52,392 nucleotides of DNA from a virus: IMG/VR virus record IMGVR_UViG_3300045988_103014, positions 141,780-194,171 of that record. The stretch is one strand, 5' to 3'. Positions 43,522-50,530 of this stretch are shown here, piece by piece. Every line of letters starts with the position of its first letter. The stretch's first letter is position 1. The notes beneath the pieces were generated by a model. It searched no databases. It had not been told where the DNA came from and worked only from the letters and a program-made list of their open reading frames with translations. The position numbers and the translations under genes are program-made.

Positions 43522-43893
43522 ATGACAAACGAAGAAAGAATTGAACAGTTGATGAAAAGTCTTGATTGTAGTCGAGAAGAAGCAATCCAAGTAATCGCAG
43601 ACGATGAAGCCATTGACAAGGGCGAAAAGTTGTTTGAACTCTCTGCCGAACAGAAAAAGGCGAGCAAAGACGCACGAAACACAGGTGCGAAAAAGCCGAC
43701 CGTTTACAAGTTCGATACTTCCAAGAGAAAGAAAGCCGAGAATGTGGGCAAACGCACATTGATTGATACAATCAAAGCAAGCCTTGATGAAATCGGTGTC
43801 GAGGGAATGGAAGTCACGAACCCCGAACGAGAGTTGAACTTCTCCGTTGATGGTGTCAAGTACAAAATCGTGTTGAGTTGCCCGAGAAAGTAG
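43522..43893 (+). CDS. hypothetical protein, paralogue B1 (pairs with 49230..49640)
   Basis: Shares KKPTVYKFDT and the C-terminal beta-rich region with paralogue B2. Confidence 0.45.
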   Translation: MTNEERIEQLMKSLDCSREEAIQVIADDEAIDKGEKLFELSAEQKKASKDARNTGAKKPTVYKFDTSKRKKAENVGKRTLIDTIKASLDEIGVEGMEVTNPERELNFSVDGVKYKIVLSCPRK

Positions 43894-43900
43894 GGCAACT

Positions 43901-44002
43901 TGCACAAATAAAATTCTCTGTTTTGCACAAAGTTCCAGCCGGAATTTTGTGCAATTTTTTTTATCCAAAAGGCTTGACAAAAGCGGCGACCTGTGCTATA
44001 AT
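43901..44002 (+). promoter_or_regulatory. operator-promoter module 6 (two left half-sites)
   Basis: TGCACAAAT (43901) + TGCACAAAG (43924) - 12 nt - TTTTGTGCA (43945), then TTGACA-16-TATAAT. The transcript immediately enters a GC hairpin. Confidence 0.5.
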
Positions 44003-44062
44003 GGCGCGCCGCTGTCGGCAGCAGCGGCGTGAATTTCCAGTATACCACACTCTCAGCAATTT

Positions 44063-44156
44063 GTCAAGCAAAAACTCCAGGGCAATCTGCACAAATCTTT
44101 TTCCCGAAATTTGTGCAACATTGCCTATTGCATTTTGGGGGTGGGTGTGCTATACT
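44063..44156 (+). promoter_or_regulatory. operator-promoter module 7
   Basis: GTCAAG ... TGCACAAAT (44088) - CTTTTTCCCGAA - ATTTGTGCA (44109) ... CCTATTGCAT (-35) - 17 - TATACT. Confidence 0.5.
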
Positions 44157-44324
44157 TATAATTGTCAAGGGGAGGTGGCAACGTCCGATACGAACACTGA
44201 AAAAAAATTGACAAAACCCCTTGACAAACCTCTCTCAATAGTGTATAATGATTATACAAGGTAGGGATAACAAATGAGATTGAAACCCACTTAAAATAAG
44301 TCAAAAAAAACTATTGACAAATAA

Positions 44325-44353
44325 ATAAAAAAGTGTTATAATAAATATATAAA
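44325..44353 (+). promoter_or_regulatory. distal promoter upstream of wHTH A2
   Basis: TTGACA-17-TATAAT. Confidence 0.5.
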
Positions 44354-44465
44354 GAAAAGGAAAGCGTCTTAAAAGTCGGTGTGGAAAACTCCTATGGCAT
44401 TAAAACTCGCGAGGTGTTAAGAGAAAACCCATTGCAGACAATTTCAAAAAAAATTAAAAAAAACA

Positions 44466-44494
44466 CTTGACAATTAAATAAAGAAATGTTATAA
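44466..44494 (+). promoter_or_regulatory. proximal promoter of wHTH A2
   Basis: TTGACA-17-TATAAT. Confidence 0.55.
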
Positions 44495-44535
44495 TAATAA
44501 TGTAAACAAAACAAATCACATTCAAAGAAAGGTAA

Positions 44536-44928
44536 ATGGTGGTAAACATGGAAAAGATGACAAACGTAAAGGCAATTGATTTCGTACTTGGCAACTGTGA
44601 GGTTCCTGCTGATGTAAAGGAAAAGTTGGAGAAGATGAAGGCTCAGTTCATCAAGAAGTCTAGTGCGGAGCGTAAGCCTACCGCAAATCAGACTGAGAAC
44701 GCAAGCCTCAAGGTGGCTATCCTCGACGCAATGGAAGAGGGTAAGGGTTACACCATCACCGACTTGATGAAGGTTGTGCCTGAACTTGCAGACCTCTCTA
44801 ATCAGAGGGTAAGTGCAATCGTTCGTCAGATGAAGGACGAGGGTACTGTAACTCGTGAGGAGATTAAGCGTAAGGCTTACTTCACAAAGGCAACTGACGA
44901 GGTTGCCGACCTTGAGGACGAGGAGTAA
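44536..44928 (+). CDS. winged-helix DNA-binding protein, paralogue A2
   Basis: Same architecture as A1; preceded by two tandem consensus promoters in AT-rich DNA. Confidence 0.55.
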   Translation: MVVNMEKMTNVKAIDFVLGNCEVPADVKEKLEKMKAQFIKKSSAERKPTANQTENASLKVAILDAMEEGKGYTITDLMKVVPELADLSNQRVSAIVRQMKDEGTVTREEIKRKAYFTKATDEVADLEDEE

Positions 44929-45026
44929 TCCTCGCCCCCTTGGGGGTAACTGAATAACGGATAAACTAGGGCGGTTTGAGCAAAGGCTTGAACCGCCCGC
45001 TTACGTTCGACGCGGGCGGTGTTTTC

Positions 45027-45109
45027 GTCAATAGGCAGTTTCAACAAATTTTCGGCGTAAAATTTGTGCAATTTTACCTATTGCAATTTTCCCGTAATCG
45101 TGGTATTAT
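45027..45109 (+). promoter_or_regulatory. operator-promoter module 8
   Basis: GTCAATAGGCAG - TTCAACAAAT (degenerate left) - 13 - TTTGTGCA (45063) ... CCTATTGCAA (-35) - TTTTCCCGTAATCGTGG - TATTAT. Confidence 0.5.
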
Positions 45110-45415
45110 AATAATGTCAAGAGGGGATGGTAACTCGGTAACAAGTCCTTAAAAAATTTTCACAAGAGTTGAAAAAACCTCTTGACAACCTCTCTCAAAG
45201 GTGCTATAATGAGAGAGTAGAAAGGAAATAAGAAATGGCACAGATAGTAATTTGTTGTGGTGGACAACCCACAGAAAAAGATAAGCGAGAGATTTACAAC
45301 TTGCTTGAGTTCAAAAAAAGATTAAAAAAAATAAAAAAGGTATTGACAAACCTACAAAGTAGTGTTATAATAAATACATAAAGAACAGAAAACAAATCAC
45401 AGAAAGAGAGAGGTA

Positions 45416-45991
45416 ATGAGTATGAATTACAGAGAAATGCAGACAATCGCAAAGGTTAATGAAGTAGTAAAGATGATTGAGGCTCTTGGTCTTAACGGAG
45501 AGTTCACAAAGAAACAGTTTGACAAGGTTCGTGCAAACGGCTCTACAAGTCTTGATTGGATGAGAGAACAGGGTATGAGAGCAAACGGACAGTTCGGTTG
45601 CAAGCCTTGGCGTAAAGAAACTTTCAGACCTATCGCAAAGTTGGTTCGTCAGGAGTATTTCACAATCACTCTCAAAGAGCCTATCGAAAAGAGAGTTGTT
45701 GTCACTGCCGACGGCAAAGAAATTCCTAATGTCAAGGCTGATGACATTCGTTGGAACTCTACCGCAAAGGCACTTCTTGAGCAGATTTTCCCTGGCTTTA
45801 GAATTGACTATGTAACAACAAATGAAATCGAGGTTTGCCGTAACTATTACGAAATCGACTATGATGTAGTAAGAGAAATGGTAGATTGGTGCGAGAGTAA
45901 GAATGCACTTGTTGCCGACTACTACGGCGAGAAACTTGCAAAAGCAAGAGCCGAGGTTGCAAGACTTGAAAGAATTGTGAGTGCTTTCTAA
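45416..45991 (+). CDS. hypothetical protein (191 aa)
   Basis: Own promoter (~45343-45371); RBS GAGAGAGG. Confidence 0.45.
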   Translation: MSMNYREMQTIAKVNEVVKMIEALGLNGEFTKKQFDKVRANGSTSLDWMREQGMRANGQFGCKPWRKETFRPIAKLVRQEYFTITLKEPIEKRVVVTADGKEIPNVKADDIRWNSTAKALLEQIFPGFRIDYVTTNEIEVCRNYYEIDYDVVREMVDWCESKNALVADYYGEKLAKARAEVARLERIVSAF

Positions 45992-46068
45992 AAGAAAAGA
46001 GGTGGGGGAGCAATCCCCCTACCTCTCTCAATAAATTTTCGCAGCTACAAAAATTTTTCCAAAAGGTA

Positions 46069-46097
46069 TTGACAAACTATAAATTTAATGTTATAAT
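46069..46097 (+). promoter_or_regulatory. promoter for HExxH gene
   Basis: TTGACA-17-TATAAT (position confirmed via the TTG-start ORF in the track). Confidence 0.55.
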
Positions 46098-46122
46098 AAT
46101 TATAGAAAGTGAGGAAAGAACT

Positions 46123-46608
46123 ATGGGACTTAAAGGAATTAAAACAATAAACAGAACATTAAATAAGTTTCTCGCACCTTTTGAGTGTACTGCAAGAATG
46201 GGAACTGAATTTTGTTATTTATACAGTAAGAGTTTGATTTTGTATTCGTTTGTAATGCCCGACCTCGAAATTGAACACGATTTCCAAGCAAGCATTGACC
46301 GACTTAATCCAACAGTAAAAATGGATAGTTTCCTTTGGGGTTTGCTTCACGAACTCGGACACCACGAAACAATGGACGAAATCGAGGACGAAGAATACGA
46401 GTATTGCCAACAGGTAAAAGAGCAAATCAACAACCAAGAGGTAGACGCAGTTGAATACTACGACCTCATTGATGAACGACTTGCGACAGAGTGGGCTGTG
46501 AGATACGCAGACGCCCACGCACTCGAACTCAAAAAGTGGTGGGAAGAAGAAATGCAACCTGCGATAATGCACTTTTACAAAATCAACAATGTAGAAATCG
46601 AGGGGTAA
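46123..46608 (+). CDS. HExxH-motif protein (putative small zinc metallopeptidase, ImmA/IrrE-like?)
   Basis: LLHELGHHETMDE contains HELGH followed by H and E, then an acidic run. Track ORF starts at TTG (= -35 box); ATG 46123 after AGTGAGGAAAG. Confidence 0.35.
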   Translation: MGLKGIKTINRTLNKFLAPFECTARMGTEFCYLYSKSLILYSFVMPDLEIEHDFQASIDRLNPTVKMDSFLWGLLHELGHHETMDEIEDEEYEYCQQVKEQINNQEVDAVEYYDLIDERLATEWAVRYADAHALELKKWWEEEMQPAIMHFYKINNVEIEG

Positions 46609-46664
46609 CACCCTCGGTTTTTTAATTTGAGCCGCGCGCCAGTGAACGTGGCGCGTGGTGTTTT

Positions 46665-46747
46665 GTCAAGAGTAATACTGCACAAATTTTTCGTGCAAAA
46701 TTTGTGCAAAATGACCACTTGACTTTTTTCCCGTAATCGGCTATAAT
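46665..46747 (+). promoter_or_regulatory. operator-promoter module 9
   Basis: GTCAAGAG ... TGCACAAAT (46679) - 13 - TTTGTGCA (46701), then TTGACT - TTTTTCCCGTAATCGGC - TATAAT. Confidence 0.55.
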
Positions 46748-46778
46748 GATTATAGTAAATGAAAGAGAGGTGGACACA

Positions 46779-46946
46779 ATGGACGCATTCAAGAGGGAAA
46801 CTGTTGTGGGTTGCACTGTTTGGGACATCAACGCAAAGTGTGTTCATAATAAAAACAGAGCAAAGGACTATCGAAAGGTTGTTCGGTCGGCTCGCAGAAA
46901 AAATCGAGAAAATTTGAAAAAAATGCTTGACAACCTGACCGAATAG
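46779..46946 (+). CDS. small basic protein (55 aa)
   Basis: MDAFKRETVVGCTVWDINAKCVHNKNRAKDYRKVVRSARRKNRENLKKMLDNLTE; operator-type promoter upstream. Confidence 0.4.
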   Translation: MDAFKRETVVGCTVWDINAKCVHNKNRAKDYRKVVRSARRKNRENLKKMLDNLTE

Positions 46947-46955
46947 AGTTATAAT
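46927..46955 (+). promoter_or_regulatory. promoter for membrane-protein gene 46987
   Basis: TTGACA-17-TATAAT; the -35 lies within the last codons of the upstream gene. Confidence 0.5.
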
Positions 46956-46986
46956 AATTATAGAAAATGAAAGAGAGGTATTGCCT

Positions 46987-47466
46987 ATGAATACAACATT
47001 ACTTATTACTTTTATCGTTTTATCTATCGTCAATGTAATCTTACAGACAGTAAAGTCTATCGTGACTATCAAGTGTGGTAAGATTTCAGCAAGTGTGGTA
47101 AATGCCGTTGCTTTCGGTCTTTACACTATCGTTACAGTTTACACAATGTGCGACTTGCCTTTAATGATTAAGGCTTTAGTAGTTGCCCTTTGTAACCTTG
47201 TCGGTGTTTTCATTGTAAAGTGTATCGAAGAAAAGACACGCAAAGACAAGTTGTGGAAAGTTGAACTCACAGTAAGAGCAGATAGAACAAATGTTCTTGC
47301 AAGAGAGTTAGAGGAACTCGCAATTCCTTACAACTACATTCCTAATGTTGGCAAGTACACAGTATTTAATATTTACTGTGCGACACAGAAAGAAAGTGCC
47401 TTTGTTAAGGAATTGACAACTCGCCACAAGGCAAAATACTTTGTCACAGAGAGCAAAGCCCTTTAA
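46987..47466 (+). CDS. membrane protein (3 N-terminal TM helices + cytosolic C-domain)
   Basis: MNTTLLITFIVLSIVNVILQ..., AVAFGLYTIVTVYTM, ALVVALCNLVGVFIV hydrophobic segments; could be a holin-like or superinfection-exclusion protein. Confidence 0.45.
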   Translation: MNTTLLITFIVLSIVNVILQTVKSIVTIKCGKISASVVNAVAFGLYTIVTVYTMCDLPLMIKALVVALCNLVGVFIVKCIEEKTRKDKLWKVELTVRADRTNVLARELEELAIPYNYIPNVGKYTVFNIYCATQKESAFVKELTTRHKAKYFVTESKAL

Positions 47467-47518
47467 TGGGCTTGCCCTCGCAAGGGCGGAGCTGCCGCAA
47501 AATTTTTTCAAAAAAGTA

Positions 47519-47547
47519 TTGACAACCCCAGGGTTTTGGTGTATAAT
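47519..47547 (+). promoter_or_regulatory. promoter for DEDDh exonuclease paralogue 2
   Basis: TTGACA-17-TATAAT. Confidence 0.5.
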
Positions 47548-47579
47548 TAACTTATCAAATGAAAGAGAGGTTTTAAGAT

Positions 47580-48230
47580 TTGGATTTTGGAATAATGATT
47601 GATACAGAAACTACAAACGGTTTTGATGACCCTATGTTTTATGACTGTGGGTGGCAAGTGATAGACACTCTTGGCAATGTTTACAGAGAACGCTCGTTCG
47701 TAAATGCCGACATTTTTTGTGGGGAAAAGGACTTGATGAAAGAAGCCTTTTTTGCCGACAAAATTCCTCAGTATTGGGAAGAAATCAAAGACGGCTCGCG
47801 AATGTTGGCAAGTACAAACGGAATACGCAAGGCACTTGCCGAAGATGTGCGAATGTTTGGTTGCTCGTTCATTTGTGCCCACAATGCACGATTTGACTAC
47901 AAGGCACTTGCGAAAACGCAAAGATACATCACAAAGTCAAAATACAGATACTTTGTTCCTTTTGGTCTTGTGTGGTGGGATACCTTGAAAATGGCTCGTC
48001 AAGTCTTGGGAAATGATGAACAGTACCGAGAGTTTTGCGAACTCAACGACTACATTTGCAAAAATGGACAGTTGAGAATGACAGCCGAAATCGTTTACAG
48101 ATTTATTTCTGACAATAACGATTTTGTCGAGGAACACACCGGCTTGGCTGATGTGGACATTGAAAGACAGATTTTGGCTTATTGTCTTGCAAAAATGCCA
48201 GACCTTGACCGAGAACTGTGGGGAAACTAA
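47580..48230 (+). CDS. DEDDh 3'-5' exonuclease, paralogue 2
   Basis: IDTETTNG (Exo I), HNARFDY (Exo II), HTGLADVDIERQIL (Exo III). TTG start 9 nt after GAGAGG is supported by alignment with paralogue 1. Confidence 0.6.
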   Translation: MDFGIMIDTETTNGFDDPMFYDCGWQVIDTLGNVYRERSFVNADIFCGEKDLMKEAFFADKIPQYWEEIKDGSRMLASTNGIRKALAEDVRMFGCSFICAHNARFDYKALAKTQRYITKSKYRYFVPFGLVWWDTLKMARQVLGNDEQYREFCELNDYICKNGQLRMTAEIVYRFISDNNDFVEEHTGLADVDIERQILAYCLAKMPDLDRELWGN

Positions 48231-48246
48231 CCCCCACAGTTTTTTG
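48216..48246 (+). terminator. terminator after DEDDh exonuclease paralogue 2
   Basis: CTGTGGGG-AAACTAA-CCCCACAG + T6; the stop codon lies in the loop. Confidence 0.6.
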
Positions 48247-48288
48247 TGCATTTTGCCTATTGACAAATAAATTTCCATGTGATAAAAT
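48241..48288 (+). promoter_or_regulatory. operator-promoter module 10 (right half-site only), transcript enters GC hairpin
   Basis: TTTTGTGCA (48241) ... CCTATTGACA (-35 48260) - 17 - TAAAAT. Confidence 0.4.
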
Positions 48289-48347
48289 GGCGCCGCGCCG
48301 ACGGTAGAGAGGCGCGGTAATTATTATACCACATCACCCCACAAAAA

Positions 48348-48433
48348 GTCAATAGGAAAATTGCACAAATTTTAACCCCATTTTTTATCCCAAAATTGTT
48401 ACTTTTGCCTATTGACACAAAAAGTCAATAGGC
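48348..48433 (+). promoter_or_regulatory. operator module 11 with perfect 10-bp outer palindrome
   Basis: GTCAATAGG ... TGCACAAAT (48362) ... GCCTATTGAC-ACAAAAA-GTCAATAGGC (48407-48433). Confidence 0.45.
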
Positions 48434-48505
48434 AATCTGCACAAAGATTTTCTGTTCAGTTTGTGCAATTCGCACATTGATTTTTTGTAAAAAATTTGGT
48501 ATTAT
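48434..48505 (+). promoter_or_regulatory. operator-promoter module 12 (distal promoter of wHTH A3 stack)
   Basis: TGCACAAAG (48438) - 13 - TTTGTGCA (48460), then TTGATT-17-TGgTATTAT. Confidence 0.5.
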
Positions 48506-48567
48506 TATTATACAAGGTAAGGGAAAGACCTTAAAAAAACTTTTCCAAAAAAATTAAAAAAAAACTG

Positions 48568-48596
48568 TTGACAAACCTTAAAAATTTTGTTATAAT
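48568..48596 (+). promoter_or_regulatory. middle promoter upstream of wHTH A3 (near-identical to 29388 promoter)
   Basis: TTGACAAACCTTAAAAATTTTGtTATAAT, versus ...TTTTGaTATAAT at 29388. Confidence 0.5.
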
Positions 48597-48675
48597 AATT
48601 ATAGAAAGTAAAGGAAAGGGAATTTCAAAAAGCCATTCGGCAAACAAAAAAAATAAAAAAAGTTGAAAAAAACCC

Positions 48676-48704
48676 TTGACAACTTTCAAAGTAAATGTTA
48701 TAAT
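48676..48704 (+). promoter_or_regulatory. proximal promoter of wHTH A3
   Basis: TTGACA-17-TATAAT. Confidence 0.55.
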
Positions 48705-48748
48705 AAGTATGTAAGGTAAACAAAAACAAATCACTCAAAGAAAGGTAA

Positions 48749-49132
48749 ATGGTGGTAATTATGGAAAAAATGACTAATGTAAAGGCTCTTGATGTTGTTC
48801 TTAATGGTGGCGAAATCACTGCCGAGGTTCGTGAGAAACTTCAGAAAATGCGTGAGCAGTTTGTGAAGAAAAATTCTGCCGAGAGAAAGCCTACGGCAAA
48901 TCAGACCGAGAATGCCTCTCTCAAGGTTGCCATTGTGAACGCAATGGAAATCGGTCGCAAGTACACTATTACGGACTTGATGAAAGCCGTACCTGAACTT
49001 GCCGACCTCTCAAATCAGAGAGTGTCTGCCATTGTCCGTCAGATGAAAGACGAGGGAACGGTTGTTCGTACCGAGGAAAAGCGTAAGGCTTATTTCGAGG
49101 TTGCCGTTACTGACGAGGGTGAGGACGAGTAA
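48749..49132 (+). CDS. winged-helix DNA-binding protein, paralogue A3
   Basis: ITDLMKAVPELADLSNQRVSAIVRQMKDEGTVVRTEEKRKAYF; three stacked promoters upstream. Confidence 0.55.
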   Translation: MVVIMEKMTNVKALDVVLNGGEITAEVREKLQKMREQFVKKNSAERKPTANQTENASLKVAIVNAMEIGRKYTITDLMKAVPELADLSNQRVSAIVRQMKDEGTVVRTEEKRKAYFEVAVTDEGEDE

Positions 49133-49174
49133 TCGTCCTTTGCCCCAAAGGGCAAAAAAAGTTTCAAAAAAGGC

Positions 49175-49203
49175 TTGACAAATGCTTTCGGCTTTGGTAT
49201 AAT
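49175..49203 (+). promoter_or_regulatory. promoter for paralogue B2
   Basis: TTGACA-17-TGgTATAAT. Confidence 0.5.
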
Positions 49204-49229
49204 GATTATAGAAAGTGAGGGAAATGCTT

Positions 49230-49640
49230 ATGACAGACTACATTAAAGAGGTTATGGAAATCACAGGCTACACACAAGCCAAAGCCGAAAAGTATTATCA
49301 GTCGGTTTACAAGGACTTGTCCGAGGACGGCGAGGTATCAGCCGAAGATGTAATCGAGGTTATCCGAATTGAAAAAAAGGTTAAGGACAACGGCGTAAAG
49401 ACTGTTGCGAGAGCCGACAAGCCGAAAAAGGCACCAACTGTCTACAAATTTGACACCGAAAAGACCAAAAAACGTCCAAAGGACGAGGAAAAAGTGCAAA
49501 TTGTAGAAAAAATTGCCGAATTTATGGCAGAAATTAGCGAAAATGCTGAAATTTCCAACCCTGGACAGACAATTTCGTTCAAAATCGGCGAAAATTCGTA
49601 CAGTTTGACCTTAACCAAGCACAGAACACCGAAAAAATAG
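49230..49640 (+). CDS. hypothetical protein, paralogue B2
   Basis: KAPTVYKFDTEKTKK shared with B1; ATG 8 nt after AGTGAGGG. Confidence 0.45.
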   Translation: MTDYIKEVMEITGYTQAKAEKYYQSVYKDLSEDGEVSAEDVIEVIRIEKKVKDNGVKTVARADKPKKAPTVYKFDTEKTKKRPKDEEKVQIVEKIAEFMAEISENAEISNPGQTISFKIGENSYSLTLTKHRTPKK

Positions 49641-49647
49641 TGCAATT

Positions 49648-49746
49648 TGCACAAAAAACCGGTGTCAAGGGGCAAAACCGACAAGGTTTGCCCCATTTTT
49701 TTGTGCATTTTTACTATTGACAAAGGGGGTCGGTCTGTGGTATAAT
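49648..49746 (+). promoter_or_regulatory. operator-promoter module 13 (terminator hairpin between half-sites)
   Basis: GTGCAATTTGCACAAAA (49642-49657; palindrome) ... terminator ... TTTGTGCA (49700), then TTGACA-18-TATAAT. The transcript enters hairpin GGGCCGGCCGC...GCGGCCGG. Confidence 0.5.
49669..49702 (+). terminator. terminator after paralogue B2, embedded between operator half-sites
   Basis: GGGGCAAA-ACCGACAAGG-TTTGCCCC + T7. Confidence 0.6.
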
Positions 49747-49782
49747 GGGCCGGCCGCTGACGCAAGCTGCGGCCGGAATTTC

Positions 49783-49867
49783 GTCAATAGGCAACATTCA
49801 CAAATTTTTCTCTCAAAATTTGTGCAATTTGACGGGTTGACTTTTTTCCCAAAATGGTGTATTATAG
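49783..49867 (+). promoter_or_regulatory. operator-promoter module 14
   Basis: GTCAATAGG ... TTCACAAAT - 15 - AATTTGTGCA (49820), then TTGACT - TTTTTCCCAAAATGGTGT - TATTAT. Confidence 0.5.
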
Positions 49868-49887
49868 TTACATAAGAAAGAGAGGTA

Positions 49888-50166
49888 ATGAGTATGAAAT
49901 ACACAATTAGTAGAGATTGCACTTTTGGTTGGGATTTTACTGTCTATGATACAGAAACTATGACACGCACTAGGAACTCAGGTTGTGGGGACTATGGCTC
50001 AACACAGTCAACAGAAATGACCGAAGAAGAAATGCGACAGTTTATCAACAACAGAGAACTTTCGGAACTGAAAAATTTTCACTATGAAATAAAAAGACTT
50101 AAACAAAGGTATGATGAAAAATTTGAAGAAATTGAAAAATTCAAAAAAGCCCTTGACAACCGTTAA
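49888..50166 (+). CDS. hypothetical protein (92 aa)
   Basis: Operator-type promoter upstream; coiled-coil C-terminus. The -35 of the next promoter lies in its last codons. Confidence 0.45.
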   Translation: MSMKYTISRDCTFGWDFTVYDTETMTRTRNSGCGDYGSTQSTEMTEEEMRQFINNRELSELKNFHYEIKRLKQRYDEKFEEIEKFKKALDNR

Positions 50167-50181
50167 GGACTGATGTATAAT
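50153..50181 (+). promoter_or_regulatory. promoter for 50201 gene
   Basis: TTGACA-17-TATAAT. Confidence 0.5.
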
Positions 50182-50200
50182 AGTAATAGAAAGAGAGGTA

Positions 50201-50488
50201 ATGAGTATGGAAAAAGAAATTACACTTGTAGTCAGCAAAAAGAAAAAAGTGTTCGTACATCAGTTTGATACAGTGACCGAGGCTTATCGCTTCTATCTTA
50301 AAAAGTATTCCACTCTTGGCGATTGGTGGTATTATCTCACTTGTGCCCACAAGTTACTTTCTTCTGTGAGTAATGAAGAAATTATGGAGTGCGTTTTCCG
50401 TAACTGTTTCACAAATGCGTGTATCGTTGAGAGTTACGAACGCAGACAGAGAAACGCAAAAATTATCAAATTCCCCTTGACAACTTAG
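50201..50488 (+). CDS. hypothetical protein (95 aa)
   Basis: Own promoter at 50153-50181; the -35 of the next promoter lies inside its 3' end. Confidence 0.45.
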   Translation: MSMEKEITLVVSKKKKVFVHQFDTVTEAYRFYLKKYSTLGDWWYYLTCAHKLLSSVSNEEIMECVFRNCFTNACIVESYERRQRNAKIIKFPLTT

Positions 50489-50505
50489 TCGAGGGGTGGT
50501 ATAAT
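50477..50505 (+). promoter_or_regulatory. promoter for 50531 gene
   Basis: TTGACA-17-TGgTATAAT. Confidence 0.5.
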
Positions 50506-50530
50506 AAATACAGAAAGTGAGGTTGATACT

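Noticed and set aside
36030-49870. Possibility that the repeated ~60-90 bp intergenic modules are a CRISPR array
   Set aside because: The repeats are irregularly spaced (0.2-2 kb). Each contains a sigma-70-type -35/-10 and precedes a translated gene with its own RBS. There are no short uniform spacers and no cas genes.
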